From the IMG/VR virus record IMGVR_UViG_3300020044_006193, positions 1 to 37,876 of that record: DNA of 37,876 bases, one strand, 5' to 3'. Of the stretch, positions 24,947-35,044 are shown in pieces (the stretch's first letter is position 1; the number at the start of each line of letters is the position of its first letter). This DNA is from a virus (taxonomy: Duplodnaviria; Caudoviricetes). The translations under genes were made by a program, and so were the position numbers. The notes under the pieces were generated by a model. The model did not search any database. It was not told the origin of the DNA and saw only the letters and a list, made by a program, of their open reading frames with translations.

Positions 24947-25801
24947 TCAGACTAACCCTAATTCAGAAAATGGAAGTGATCCGTAAACCTTCGTATATTT
25001 GAAAACCGGTGTGTCCGGATTTGTTTCTCTCGTCCCGTCCGCTTTTAGCAGCACTGGCTTCGCGGTGTCGACTCCTTGATCATCCGTAGCACGACGAACA
25101 TCAGAACCTATTTTCACGTAGTATCCTTCATGAGTCCATCGCTTATACCACGCCTGCGCGGCAGTGGCTCCGGCTAATGGTGCCCGAAACTGGATCCGTG
25201 CTGTAACATCCCAACCGCTCACGGGAGCACCGTAGGAAAATTGACTTTTAGCAGAGAATCCCACAAGTCTGCCGGTGCCGGGCGGCCATCCGAGAAACGT
25301 GTCAGAGTTCGTAGAATGCCTGTATGCGGAAATGGCGTAAGTATTGATTGAGTTGAATCGCCGGCGGATGACACAGGTTTGATCTGCAATTTCCATTGTC
25401 AGCCCCTCGACTTTTTCCTTATTGACAGTCGTGATTGCTTTGCCGTCGAAGTCTCTGTCAATTGGTTCAGTTGATGTGACGTCAGACCATTCTACGTCGA
25501 CCACTTCCGCCACAAATGCTGGGTCCGGAACGCCTTCATAAGTGACGGTAACAACCCACAGTGTCGGCCCCAGCGGTGTGGCGTTGTATCCTTTGACGTA
25601 GGCGAAAGCACCGCTCGGATGCTGTTCGCCAAATGATGGAATCCCAACTGCTGTGACGGGCACACTGATATCATCACCAATCTCACAGAGAACCTGATAC
25701 GCTTCGGTAATCTGGTACTTTGCGGAGTAGGCGTTGAAGTTCTCTGACGAAAAGTTGCCGCCTGTCTTGCTCCACATTTTCGTTACGTTGATTACGCTCA
25801 T
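24947..25801 (-). CDS. Putative distal tail/hub protein
   Basis: Immediately downstream of the tape measure gene, with an ATGA overlap. Confidence 0.65.
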   Translation of the reverse strand: MSVINVTKMWSKTGGNFSSENFNAYSAKYQITEAYQVLCEIGDDISVPVTAVGIPSFGEQHPSGAFAYVKGYNATPLGPTLWVVTVTYEGVPDPAFVAEVVDVEWSDVTSTEPIDRDFDGKAITTVNKEKVEGLTMEIADQTCVIRRRFNSINTYAISAYRHSTNSDTFLGWPPGTGRLVGFSAKSQFSYGAPVSGWDVTARIQFRAPLAGATAAQAWYKRWTHEGYYVKIGSDVRRATDDQGVDTAKPVLLKADGTRETNPDTPVFKYTKVYGSLPFSELGLV

Positions 25802-27591
25802 GACACAGCCACCAGTTTTGAACCTTTGGCTGTGTTCTCAGCAATCTTCTGCTGCAGTTCTAAGTTTTTCGCATGCAGCTTCGCAATTTCCTGTGTGTGC
25901 TTCTGGGTTTGGTCCAGAATCTTGTTCGTCTTGTCCATCGGGTCGGAGCTGCGCCCGCTGGTTAGCAGTCGTGATTCGCTGGCCATCAGTGCGCCGGTTT
26001 CCTTCGGCTTCTCCATCGGGCCTTTGTCTTTTTCCAGTGCGGACTCTGCAGCAGCAAGTTTCTTCGCTGTGGCATCGTCGACGCCCTGATTGATTAACGC
26101 CTGAGCCTTTGCTGCTTCCTTGCCCTGTTCGGCTTCCAGTTTTTTGAGTGCCAACCGTTCCTGCTCTGCTTTGACGAGGTCAGCGATCCGTTGCTTTTCT
26201 TTGGCCGCTTCCTGTGCGTTTGTCTCTTCGGCTTTCGCTTTATCCTCTTTGGCCTGCAATGCCGATTCAGTGGCCGCGATCTGCTTTGCTGCTGCTTCTT
26301 CGACGCCCTGAGCAATCAACGCCTGCACTTTTGCAGCCTCTTTGCCCTGCTCTAATTCCAGAGCACGCAACGCCAGCCGTTCGTTTTCTGTGCGAACAAT
26401 GCCATCAATTCGATCGCGTTCCCGCTGTGCGTCCTGAATTGCCTTCTCTGCCGCTTTGGCTCGTTCCTCTTCCGCACGTTTCTGAGCCTCCTCCAGTTCC
26501 TTCTGTGCTTCGGCCTTGGCGATAATCGCGTCGCGTTCTTTCAGCAGTCGCTCCGCTTCTCCACGATCTTCAATGGTCGTGTTGCGAGCGGCATCCAGCA
26601 GCAACTGTTCTTCTTTGGTTGCTGCGAGGTATTCCACTTCCTGCTTCAATTGGGCAATGTACGCCTCTGATTTATCTTTCGCTTCGTTCGCCTTGGCGAG
26701 TTCCTCGTTCTGACGAGTACGCTCGGAAGTAATCTTCTGCAGTTCGTCGCGTTCATCCCGCAGAGCGTTCAGACGGGCTTTGTCGTTTTCCAGTTGCTCC
26801 TGTGCCTGCTTCGCGTATTCCTTACGATTGCCGGTGATCTGCCATGCGTCAGCCCAATCGTCGACAGCCTTCTGCGATACAGTCACGTTTTTACTGACTG
26901 CGTCGATGTCCTTATTCAGCGTGTCCAGTAACGCTTTGTATTCGGCCCGTTTCTTGTCTGGATCGCGAATGAGTTCGATATCCTCTTTCGCGTTCTCCAT
27001 CATTACGGAGCGAGTTTTCTGAAGCCGGTCTTCCAGTTCTTTGGATGCTTCTTTGGCGCGTTCCAGTTCGCGGGTGAACTTCTTCGTTTCGAAAATCACA
27101 TCGCCGATTGCTTTACCGATGGCGGAACCGATCGTGGCGGCGAGTGCAACCAGCCCGAGCTTAAAGGCGAGTGCCCCGGCTTTGCCAGCTTTCGACACCT
27201 CGCCGAAAGAACTGATCTTTTCAGTTGCTCCAGCCAGTTGGGAAGCGAAGTTGCCGAGTTCTGTGTTGCCGGTTAACTGTGCCAGAGTTCCAACCAGCTC
27301 GGTTGTTTTCTTCGCGTTGCCTCCGACATCCTTCATGGCTGCGCCGGTGTTGTTCATCTTGCCGCTGATTTTGTCTTGAGCGGCTGCGAACTGTTCCGCA
27401 GACAACGCACCGTCACGGTGCAACTGGTTAAGTTCTTCCAGTTGTTTTGCGTACCTGTCGGCAGGTTCTTCGAGACCGGACAAAATTTGATTCACTCGCT
27501 TGAGTGACTTGTCCATGTTCTCCGCAGTCGTGGCGAACTTCTGCGACGCCTGGTCGTCAGCTTTGATAAGTATTTCGACTGCTTCGCTCAT
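25798..27591 (-). CDS. Tape measure protein
   Basis: N-terminal VEILIKADDQAS, helical A/E/K-rich body, hydrophobic segment; follows the G/GT pair. Confidence 0.85.
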   Translation of the reverse strand: MSEAVEILIKADDQASQKFATTAENMDKSLKRVNQILSGLEEPADRYAKQLEELNQLHRDGALSAEQFAAAQDKISGKMNNTGAAMKDVGGNAKKTTELVGTLAQLTGNTELGNFASQLAGATEKISSFGEVSKAGKAGALAFKLGLVALAATIGSAIGKAIGDVIFETKKFTRELERAKEASKELEDRLQKTRSVMMENAKEDIELIRDPDKKRAEYKALLDTLNKDIDAVSKNVTVSQKAVDDWADAWQITGNRKEYAKQAQEQLENDKARLNALRDERDELQKITSERTRQNEELAKANEAKDKSEAYIAQLKQEVEYLAATKEEQLLLDAARNTTIEDRGEAERLLKERDAIIAKAEAQKELEEAQKRAEEERAKAAEKAIQDAQRERDRIDGIVRTENERLALRALELEQGKEAAKVQALIAQGVEEAAAKQIAATESALQAKEDKAKAEETNAQEAAKEKQRIADLVKAEQERLALKKLEAEQGKEAAKAQALINQGVDDATAKKLAAAESALEKDKGPMEKPKETGALMASESRLLTSGRSSDPMDKTNKILDQTQKHTQEIAKLHAKNLELQQKIAENTAKGSKLVAVS

Positions 27592-27883
27592 TCGCTACTT
27601 TTCTCTCTTCGCTTTCGAAGAACTGAACAGCGTCGATAAAACTTGCTGACTGATCCAACACGCCACCGTTAATAGGCGGCATTCCTTTCCCGAACAGGTC
27701 AATCAGGTCAATTGACGTCACAATCGACCGACAGAATGAGTTCGGGCATCCTTCAACTGTAAACACTCCGTCTTGACAGTCTTCACACCCGCCACCGTTG
27801 CATGACGGGCATTCGATTTCCAGCAGGTTTGGTTTCTCGCTGATGTCTCGACACTGACCACGGGTGCAACTTCTACAGATCAT
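27557..27883 (-). CDS. Tail assembly chaperone, frameshifted (gpT-like) portion; Cys-rich
   Basis: In the -1 frame relative to the upstream chaperone; CRSC, CPSC, CEDC. Confidence 0.7.
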   Translation of the reverse strand: MICRSCTRGQCRDISEKPNLLEIECPSCNGGGCEDCQDGVFTVEGCPNSFCRSIVTSIDLIDLFGKGMPPINGGVLDQSASFIDAVQFFESEERKVANERSSRNTYQS

Positions 27884-27903
27884 TCCGCCCCGAATCAGTG
27901 CCG

Positions 27904-28263
27904 CTACTCTGTACTTTTTTTTTCGTCCTGTGTGATATGCTGGTTGTACATCGCCTTTCGAAGTACTTCCCGCGCCTCGCTATACGTCAACACGTCCCGC
28001 AATGCGTCCGGAGTGAACTCCATCCCGTTCATGTGCTTCCAACCGACAACAACGGTGGACAACACTTTGCAGGTTTCGTCGAATAGATCGGCGATTGAAA
28101 CGTCATCATCCTTTGTCCACAGTTCAAGAACCGTCCCGATAGATTGCTGGCCCCGCATGGACTGCGACCGCGCAAAGAACGTCGGCCTGCTGTCTGCGGG
28201 CTTGTCTTTATCAGAGTCCAAAACGATCGGGTACTGTTGACCGGGTTCCAAAGCGAGTGGCAT
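27904..28263 (-). CDS. Tail assembly chaperone (gpG-like)
   Basis: Between tail tube and tape measure genes; ends EKKSTE over an A9 run. Confidence 0.78.
   Translation of the reverse strand: MPLALEPGQQYPIVLDSDKDKPADSRPTFFARSQSMRGQQSIGTVLELWTKDDDVSIADLFDETCKVLSTVVVGWKHMNGMEFTPDALRDVLTYSEAREVLRKAMYNQHITQDEKKSTE
27914..27924 (-). other. -1 programmed ribosomal frameshift slippery site
   Basis: GAA AAA AAA AG; the -1 frame reads KYRVAALIRGGMICRSC into 27557..27883 with no stop. Confidence 0.8.
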
Positions 28264-28271
28264 AAACTCTT

Positions 28272-29198
28272 TCAGTCAAAAGTAATTGTGAGTTCTGTGT
28301 CTGCACTGCTGCCAGCTGTCGCCAGCCAGGTAAGATTGTCAACCATCATGTCCGAGCGGTTGCCCTGCTGCTTGTTTTCCAGTTGGGCTTTCGGTGCTGC
28401 GATCGTGATGGATGTTCCGGTAGTTCCGACTCGCATTGAGAAGGCCTGAGCGGACGACGTCAACCACAGTGCATCACGGTCCTGAGTCGCTACCAGTTCA
28501 GACTCAGGGTCTGCAGTGATCACTGGTGCGCGGTTCGTGACCAACGCTGACACGTATCCAGAACGGTCGGTGGCGTTGACACATTCCCGCATGATGACGC
28601 TGTTGCCTGCGTCTACTTCGACGTTCGACGTACACAGGTTGACGCTGTTCCAAGTCAGAGCACCGGCAGCGAATCGCAGCGGCGACACCGTCGGATATGT
28701 CGGAGCAATGAGGGCTGTGTCTGTTTCGTTGCTTGAGTATTTTCCGGTAAAGGTGAACTCGATGTAGGCAACCTTGCCTGTCGGACAAACGATCTTCCAC
28801 GTGCCCATTGCACCAGACAACAGCGTGCGTTTTCCGTCTTTGTAGTGGCCAATGGTGAGCGTTTTGACGTTTGCACCGGGTCCAGCTGACACAGGCGAGA
28901 ACACCCCAGCCGTATCGACCCACCCACACGCTGGCAGCAAGACACTGGCCCAATTGGGAATATCCGTTCCGTTGTACGTAAGATCGTGAATTATGGTGCA
29001 TGTGCCTGTCATGCCTTCGGCAATGCTGGTCAGGTAGTTAAACCCGCCCTGACCTTCACGCCGCGTCATGGCAACGTTTGGCTGAATCATGAAGTCGCGT
29101 GCGTTGTACACGCCTTCAGCACCGGTCAGCGATTCGGCTGTTCCAATTGTCGTTTCCGTCTTGGCAGCGAATACCGCGCGACGTCTGAGCAATGGCAT
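28272..29198 (-). CDS. Tail tube (major tail) protein
   Basis: AKTETTIGT N-terminus, LLPACGW, ends ELTITFD; position. Confidence 0.82.
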   Translation of the reverse strand: MPLLRRRAVFAAKTETTIGTAESLTGAEGVYNARDFMIQPNVAMTRREGQGGFNYLTSIAEGMTGTCTIIHDLTYNGTDIPNWASVLLPACGWVDTAGVFSPVSAGPGANVKTLTIGHYKDGKRTLLSGAMGTWKIVCPTGKVAYIEFTFTGKYSSNETDTALIAPTYPTVSPLRFAAGALTWNSVNLCTSNVEVDAGNSVIMRECVNATDRSGYVSALVTNRAPVITADPESELVATQDRDALWLTSSAQAFSMRVGTTGTSITIAAPKAQLENKQQGNRSDMMVDNLTWLATAGSSADTELTITFD

Positions 29199-29210
29199 GA
29201 GTTCTTTCCC

Positions 29211-29795
29211 TTATGTTTTGACGAGACCACTCGCGCGGAGTACGTTCAGGTTAATTCGACGATCAATCTGCTTGCGGAGTTCATCTTCGATAATTTTGGT
29301 GCGTGGAATCGTCAACTTGTTTTTGACGTATACACCCCATGTGGAGACGCCCTTTTTCTGTACGATCGGCAGCTGTGATTTACCCAGCCGCTGAAATACA
29401 TTTCCCTTCCAAGATGTCTTAACGGCACCGGGCTTCGGCCCCATAAACGCGCCTTGAATGAACCCTCTGCCGCCCACTTTTGAAATCTTGTAGGTCACGC
29501 CCTTTTTTGTTTGCTTCGCTCCGAAGTGCCTCAACCCTAACCGAGGCGTTTTATTGAGCCTCACCACAGCCGATAGATTCGCTTCAGTGGCAGACAATCT
29601 GATACTCAGGTGTTTTTCTGAATCTGCTTTTTTGATTACGACTCGATCACGAATTTCCCGGCCCATTTCCAGCCGTGTCTTTTTCGACACCTGATTGATT
29701 GCCGCAGCCAGTTCTTTTTTGAACTTCTTTCCTGCTGCGATGCTGGCCGTAATCAGCCTTTCAATCTGCTGCTGATCAATCTGCACCAGCATCAT
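29211..29795 (-). CDS. Tail completion protein (lambda gpZ-like)
   Basis: Basic; AAAINQVSKK, LRHFGAKQTKKGV, GAFM, VFQRLGK..LPI. Confidence 0.75.
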   Translation of the reverse strand: MMLVQIDQQQIERLITASIAAGKKFKKELAAAINQVSKKTRLEMGREIRDRVVIKKADSEKHLSIRLSATEANLSAVVRLNKTPRLGLRHFGAKQTKKGVTYKISKVGGRGFIQGAFMGPKPGAVKTSWKGNVFQRLGKSQLPIVQKKGVSTWGVYVKNKLTIPRTKIIEDELRKQIDRRINLNVLRASGLVKT

Positions 29796-30253
29796 GTCCG
29801 CACCTGATACGGATCGTTTTCATCCACTCGAAACGTGATCGTAAAACGCACCATCACACCTGCCATTCCGCCAGTCTCTTCGGTGTACTCTTCCACTGGT
29901 CCGTGAGTCGTGTTAATCGCTAACCCGCCCCATTGATGCCACAGCACCGCATCCGTTGCGGCTTTAATGATGTCCGCGCCCATGCGGTTACGAAATGTGT
30001 CAATCGCGATCGTGCTTGTATCTGACGGCTTTACAATTCCTGCCACAATCGCTTCTAGGTCATAGGCTGTTGCCGGTGGATTACCGGGGCAGCTCATTTC
30101 TGGATTTGGAGTTAACGATCCCTGATGCACATGCACCACTAAATCTTTTGGTTGCCACGTGGCAACCTGAGTTGATCGATACGCATTGTCGAACGCCGCA
30201 GCCATTCTGGTGCGCACGTTCGCCATAATTTGTTCGACCACCGGTTCAGACAT
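29792..30253 (-). CDS. Tail terminator-like protein
   Basis: EQIMANVRTRM, WGGLA, F.ITFR...DPY; position. Confidence 0.68.
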   Translation of the reverse strand: MSEPVVEQIMANVRTRMAAAFDNAYRSTQVATWQPKDLVVHVHQGSLTPNPEMSCPGNPPATAYDLEAIVAGIVKPSDTSTIAIDTFRNRMGADIIKAATDAVLWHQWGGLAINTTHGPVEEYTEETGGMAGVMVRFTITFRVDENDPYQVRT

Positions 30254-30603
30254 TAGATCACCGCCAACTGACAGACCCCAGAGTCTTGCGACACAAGAGT
30301 CATAAAGGAAAAACGTTTTGGTAGCGTTTGCCCGACCTTCAACACGAACTCAATTTCATCCTTGCCGATATTGATTTCCTGAGACGCGATACCGGAGCGG
30401 CAGGAGTTGTAAACTCGTAGCGTCGCTGTCGGTAAAACAGCATTTCCGGAAGCGTCAAAAATGGCGGGCGGGTTCCGTTCGATAATGGCGAGAATCGGAC
30501 GTCTCCCGCCGCCATTTGGAAAATACACAACCGACTCCCCGAACTGCGAAAGCAGCATCGGGAACCCTGCAGCAGCAAAGTGTGAGTCGAATGTAGTCGG
30601 CAC
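30253..30603 (-). CDS. Head-tail joining protein (gpFII-like)
   Basis: FGESVVYFP.GG..R.I.AI; directly downstream of the capsid gene. Confidence 0.7.
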   Translation of the reverse strand: MPTTFDSHFAAAGFPMLLSQFGESVVYFPNGGGRRPILAIIERNPPAIFDASGNAVLPTATLRVYNSCRSGIASQEINIGKDEIEFVLKVGQTLPKRFSFMTLVSQDSGVCQLAVI

Positions 30604-30612
30604 GAATCAACC

Positions 30613-31590
30613 TCAGGTTGTGATATTGCTGAGCAGGTGCCCGGCCTCTGGGTAGAGAACGATTTCGTCCACGTCGTGACGTACTCGGATGACGTTGCCG
30701 CGCACCACCTCATCACGATAGCTCTCTACTGTGCCACCGATAGACGATCCATCCTCTGACCAATGGAACGTGCGGCCAATACAAGGCTCTCGCATATCGG
30801 CACCAGTTGCAATTTTGCACACCATTGCGTATTCACCGGACCAAATCTGGCCGATAGATGCGGCCTGACCTTCTTTCGCGCTGTTTTTGCTGGTTCCAGC
30901 AACGATGATGTAATCCAGGTCAAATACCTGTGCCAGCATCTGCACAGTCACATCCGACGCCTTCGTTGCGGATCCAGCTCCCGCACTTTCAATACGATCA
31001 ATCACCTGTGCGCTGTTTCGCAGATTACGAAACACCTTGCGATTGATCACAAGAGCGTTTGCCCACAGGCCCGAGTTGTCGTAAATCTTCTGCACAGCCG
31101 CCTCGACATCAGTGAGTGGCACGCAATTTGTAGCGTCATCCCACTCATGCGTGATGGCGGTTGTTAAACTGGATCCCGTCCATGTAGACGTGTTGAACAC
31201 AGCATCAGCAACACGCTGTTCTGCGTTTCGCAGCACAGCTGAAAACGCTCGCATCGTGCTGATCTGCTCCGCGTCAAAATAGTCGCGGTACATCTTCGCC
31301 TCCCGATCGTCTACGGGTTCTTCAGCACCGTGCTCTTCAGTGGCGTAAGTCGCTGGTGCAAACGTGAAGTTCCCTCTCGCATATCCGCTGCCGGGCGCTC
31401 GCTTCGTATCACGAGCCTGCAGTAATTGCTCGATCGGGATCTTGCCGAAGTTTCCAGCCTGACTCATTACATCGATCACCGGGAATACCTGTGTGGCGAT
31501 GTATCCAGCCTTTTCAGACTCAAGATCGAATTCCAGAAACGTGGCCAAATCTGGCCGCTGTGTAGCCAGACTACTCGATGGACTAGGCAT
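30613..31590 (-). CDS. Major capsid protein
   Basis: 325 aa; IATQVFPV, RAPG, EQRVADAV, PLTDV, NALVI; position after protease and decoration genes. Confidence 0.88.
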   Translation of the reverse strand: MPSPSSSLATQRPDLATFLEFDLESEKAGYIATQVFPVIDVMSQAGNFGKIPIEQLLQARDTKRAPGSGYARGNFTFAPATYATEEHGAEEPVDDREAKMYRDYFDAEQISTMRAFSAVLRNAEQRVADAVFNTSTWTGSSLTTAITHEWDDATNCVPLTDVEAAVQKIYDNSGLWANALVINRKVFRNLRNSAQVIDRIESAGAGSATKASDVTVQMLAQVFDLDYIIVAGTSKNSAKEGQAASIGQIWSGEYAMVCKIATGADMREPCIGRTFHWSEDGSSIGGTVESYRDEVVRGNVIRVRHDVDEIVLYPEAGHLLSNITT

Positions 31591-31690
31591 TGCATTATCT
31601 TTCTTCCCGATGCAACGCGATTATGAAACACACAGAAAAAAGTCCCCCGGGTTTGGTGGCCACCTCCCCCGGGAAACGCATCGGGCTTCG

Positions 31691-32056
31691 TTATGATCCA
31701 GCGGTATCGCCGCACAAAGGCAGAATTTCGACAATGTCACCGTCAGCGGCGGCAGCTTCGAGCAGAATTCCCCGCAGAAATGCTCCCGTAGCCTGGACGT
31801 CATTTACCTTGCCGGATGCAGCGGTGTACATCTTCGCTCCCACAGTAGCTGAACTCGCAGCGATTGCTTTGTGCGTGCCAGATTTATTGATCCACGCAAC
31901 GCCCACCTTATCACCGCTGACTCCTGCTTTAATCGTCACGCCGACATCTTGGTCGGTCGCACCGGCCAGTGCTCCAGCTGATGTAACGCGGCCAAACATA
32001 GGCACCGTAGCCGACAGCGTTACTGTCCCATAATTTGAATCGTTAAACTGACTCAT
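31691..32056 (-). CDS. Capsid decoration/cement protein (DUF2190-like)
   Basis: G.LLEAAAADGDIVEIL; Ala/Gly-rich. Confidence 0.8.
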   Translation of the reverse strand: MSQFNDSNYGTVTLSATVPMFGRVTSAGALAGATDQDVGVTIKAGVSGDKVGVAWINKSGTHKAIAASSATVGAKMYTAASGKVNDVQATGAFLRGILLEAAAADGDIVEILPLCGDTAGS

Positions 32057-32105
32057 CGTATTTCCTCACAAATGTGATTGATTAAAAACAGATTCACGCA
32101 GCTAG

Positions 32106-33200
32106 TCAGCGAGCGTTTGCCTCTGCCAGAAACGCCTCGCGAAGTCCAGGATTGTTGCGGTTAGCGAGTGCGACCGCTTTCATTTTGTTATTGCCGGTCT
32201 TTGCCATTGCTGCATCCACCGCCTGATCCCATCGAACGCGGGCAGATGGTCCGCTGGTGCGAGCCTTAGCGACTGGTCGAACGCCTGCTCGGGCTTTGGC
32301 CTCTGGTTTCTTTTCCTCGTCTTCCATGGCTGCGGGTACGAGTTCTTCTTCGTCCTCACCTTCAGTGTCGGTCTCGGACTCCATCGCCTTGGCTTTGGCC
32401 ATTTCCTCTTCCATTGCGACGCACTTGGCCCGCAATTGCTCGTTCTCTGCCATCATTTCTTCGATGGCCGCAGACGCGACTGATGCCATAGGCAGAGATC
32501 GCTCAAGACACCTAACGACAAATTCTGCTTTCGCTTTCGGAAACGCCGCTTTGATCTCCTGGAGAGTGGCGGCAACTGGCGTTGACTCTGGCATAGTTTT
32601 GCCTTTCTTTGAGTCGTTGTCACCGCCTGAGCCCGCCCCGAACAGGGCTGCAACAACTCCGTGCGGCATGTTCTTAACTTTCGCAAACGCTCGCCCGATC
32701 ACCGGCTGTCCGGTGATTCGCTTTGCGAGTCCCATTTCTACAGCTTGCTGAGCGTTCAAATATGTTTCGTTTTTCAAAATGCCTTTAATCTCATCTTCAC
32801 TCTTTCCAGATCGCTGAGCGTAGGCAGAGACCATTGATGTTTTCAGTTTGCCGAGCAATTCAGATTGACGGGCTAACTGCTCATCATCACCTTCCACCTG
32901 TGTATATGGGTTGTGCAGCATCATGTACCCATTCGGGCTGATCTCCACGTCCTCAAATGCACACGGAATGAAACTAGCGATGGAAAACGCGGATGATTCG
33001 ATTGAAAGAGACTTTGGTCCCTGATACTTCGCGAACTCATCATGAATCGCGAACCCCTCGAACACACTTCCGCCTTCACTGTGAATTACCACATGAATCG
33101 GATCCGTGCCGTTTTGCGGAAGCTGTTCACGCACCATGGCGGCGGAAATCTCATCTTTGCCTGTGCCGATCACACCGTCGATTTTGATCGTTTTTTTCAT
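32106..33200 (-). CDS. ClpP-type prohead protease with a scaffold-like C-terminus
   Basis: IHSEGGSVFEG, AFSIAS, MMLHNP, ETYLNAQQAVEMG; acidic helical tail. Confidence 0.9.
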   Translation of the reverse strand: MKKTIKIDGVIGTGKDEISAAMVREQLPQNGTDPIHVVIHSEGGSVFEGFAIHDEFAKYQGPKSLSIESSAFSIASFIPCAFEDVEISPNGYMMLHNPYTQVEGDDEQLARQSELLGKLKTSMVSAYAQRSGKSEDEIKGILKNETYLNAQQAVEMGLAKRITGQPVIGRAFAKVKNMPHGVVAALFGAGSGGDNDSKKGKTMPESTPVAATLQEIKAAFPKAKAEFVVRCLERSLPMASVASAAIEEMMAENEQLRAKCVAMEEEMAKAKAMESETDTEGEDEEELVPAAMEDEEKKPEAKARAGVRPVAKARTSGPSARVRWDQAVDAAMAKTGNNKMKAVALANRNNPGLREAFLAEANAR

Positions 33201-35044
33201 GCAGTCACCTTCGGTTTTCGCTTCCGTTTGGCCGATGGTTTGCTTTGCGTTTCTGGCACATCATTGACCACTTCCGGGGTGTTCACAGTTCCGTCCATCG
33301 CGTCAGCAATCAGAACATCCACGGACTGTTGCGTTAGTCCGATACCACCCAGATACACCCGCGCCGCTTGCTCGCTCGATTCGCCTCGGGACAACTCCTG
33401 CAGCACCTTTGCGATTGCTTTGCGATTACGGTTCCATTGCTGCGTCGACAACCCCGCAAATTCACCAGTAGGCTGAGTAGTCCCAGCCTCACCCGACTGT
33501 TCCGCTGTCTTTTCCTGCACTGCGATCGCTGCCGGATCCTGCATTGCCATCGTCATACCGGCAGGCATCGGCAACGCGATCAGGTCGCGCCATGTGATTT
33601 GTGGGCCATTTGGAAACTCTGCGTTAATCTTTTCTGCCTGTGCCTGTGCTCGCTGAATCGCATAGGCGTTGTCTTCAATTGATTCTTCTGCGATTTCTTC
33701 CCAGTCCTTGCCCCGTGCCGCGTGCAATCGTCGTGGCGACGTCAGAGCGTTTTTCAGTTGTTCTGCGTCGCCCTGAGCATCTGCGACTGGCTCAATATAT
33801 GACCATGTGGGCAGGTTCCAGTTGTGGCGAAAAATCACATCGCCGAGCTTGCTGTACGCTTTCTTAAAGTCGTTTTTTGACTGCTGCAGTTCCCACCACA
33901 GCCGCCACCTGTACGCACCCTTATTAAGTCGACGCACGAGGTTCATCTGATCCGCAACGAATCCCTTTCGAGCCTCGTCAACAGCCCCGCGCCATCCACT
34001 GAAGTTCGTCTCGCTGCCATCCATCAAAACGAGGCAGAGCGGCAGGCCAAAATTCACGCCGATGATTTGCAGGATCAGTTTTACCTGCTGAAAATATTCT
34101 GAGTTTGGAACGTTCGGGCTGAAGCCTTGCAACTCTTCGCCTGGCTGACCAATCACTTCCATGCCCGGAGCGACGCCTTCAAGCTGTCGCGTTCCGGCTG
34201 GTGTGGTTTCCGTCTTTGCGTCTCCGTACCCGTCAGCCGATGGCAAACGATTCCCGCCTGCAGCCATCTTGCGAAACACTGCGAAGCAACTCACTACCTG
34301 TTGCTGAACGAGCTTCGCAAAGTTGATATCTTCGAGCATGCCGGACAAAGAAAACACAGGAGCCAACTGAGTAACGCCACGAGTGACCTGCACCCGCTTT
34401 GGGTCGTAGACGTGGAACACCTGACGAATACCGTCAGAGTTGCGCACGTCAATCGGCGTGACGTCACCGAACTGGCCGAATTCACTCAGTTCCTCGGCCA
34501 CGTGATATTGCACACGTCGACCAACACTATCCGTGGTCACTCCGAGAAAGGTGTCCTCCACCTTTGACTTCGTGCGGATCAGGTGTGATTCCAGAAGCTG
34601 GAACGAACCATCCTCAGTTCCAGTGACGACAATGTCACCGTCAACCGATTCGCTGCGGCAGCACTGGCGTTCGATCTCTTTCCACGTGAACTCTCCCGTA
34701 ATATCGCAACGGTCGGGATCACTCGAAAAATCTTCCCACCATTGCCACAGTGCATTATCAAGCCCCTTGTCGCCAGTCTTTGGGTCAAGAGTGAACCCGC
34801 TTTGCACGATGTTATCAACGCGACGATCAGCAAGAATGCCGACCAGACCGTCATTACGGTCCATATCCCGAGCCTGCTCGATCAGTTCGTAGTACTTCGA
34901 TTCACTGCGAAAATGATAGTCCGGGCCGGACCCCATCGCCGCAACGCCTGTGCGGCGTCGAACGAAACGACTGTAACGGGTAGCGTCGTAGTCAGCACGG
35001 ATATCGGAGAACGCTGATTGAATGTTGTGCGGCTTAGCGGTCAT
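33197..35044 (-). CDS. Portal protein (lambda family)
   Basis: ARDMDRND, RGVTQLAP, SETNFSGWRGA, SYIEP. Confidence 0.9.
   Translation of the reverse strand: MTAKPHNIQSAFSDIRADYDATRYSRFVRRRTGVAAMGSGPDYHFRSESKYYELIEQARDMDRNDGLVGILADRRVDNIVQSGFTLDPKTGDKGLDNALWQWWEDFSSDPDRCDITGEFTWKEIERQCCRSESVDGDIVVTGTEDGSFQLLESHLIRTKSKVEDTFLGVTTDSVGRRVQYHVAEELSEFGQFGDVTPIDVRNSDGIRQVFHVYDPKRVQVTRGVTQLAPVFSLSGMLEDINFAKLVQQQVVSCFAVFRKMAAGGNRLPSADGYGDAKTETTPAGTRQLEGVAPGMEVIGQPGEELQGFSPNVPNSEYFQQVKLILQIIGVNFGLPLCLVLMDGSETNFSGWRGAVDEARKGFVADQMNLVRRLNKGAYRWRLWWELQQSKNDFKKAYSKLGDVIFRHNWNLPTWSYIEPVADAQGDAEQLKNALTSPRRLHAARGKDWEEIAEESIEDNAYAIQRAQAQAEKINAEFPNGPQITWRDLIALPMPAGMTMAMQDPAAIAVQEKTAEQSGEAGTTQPTGEFAGLSTQQWNRNRKAIAKVLQELSRGESSEQAARVYLGGIGLTQQSVDVLIADAMDGTVNTPEVVNDVPETQSKPSAKRKRKPKVTA

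Noticed and set aside
25826-35017. Long plus-strand ORFs antisense to structural genes
   Set aside because: Typical antisense shadows from codon bias, with no recognisable motifs
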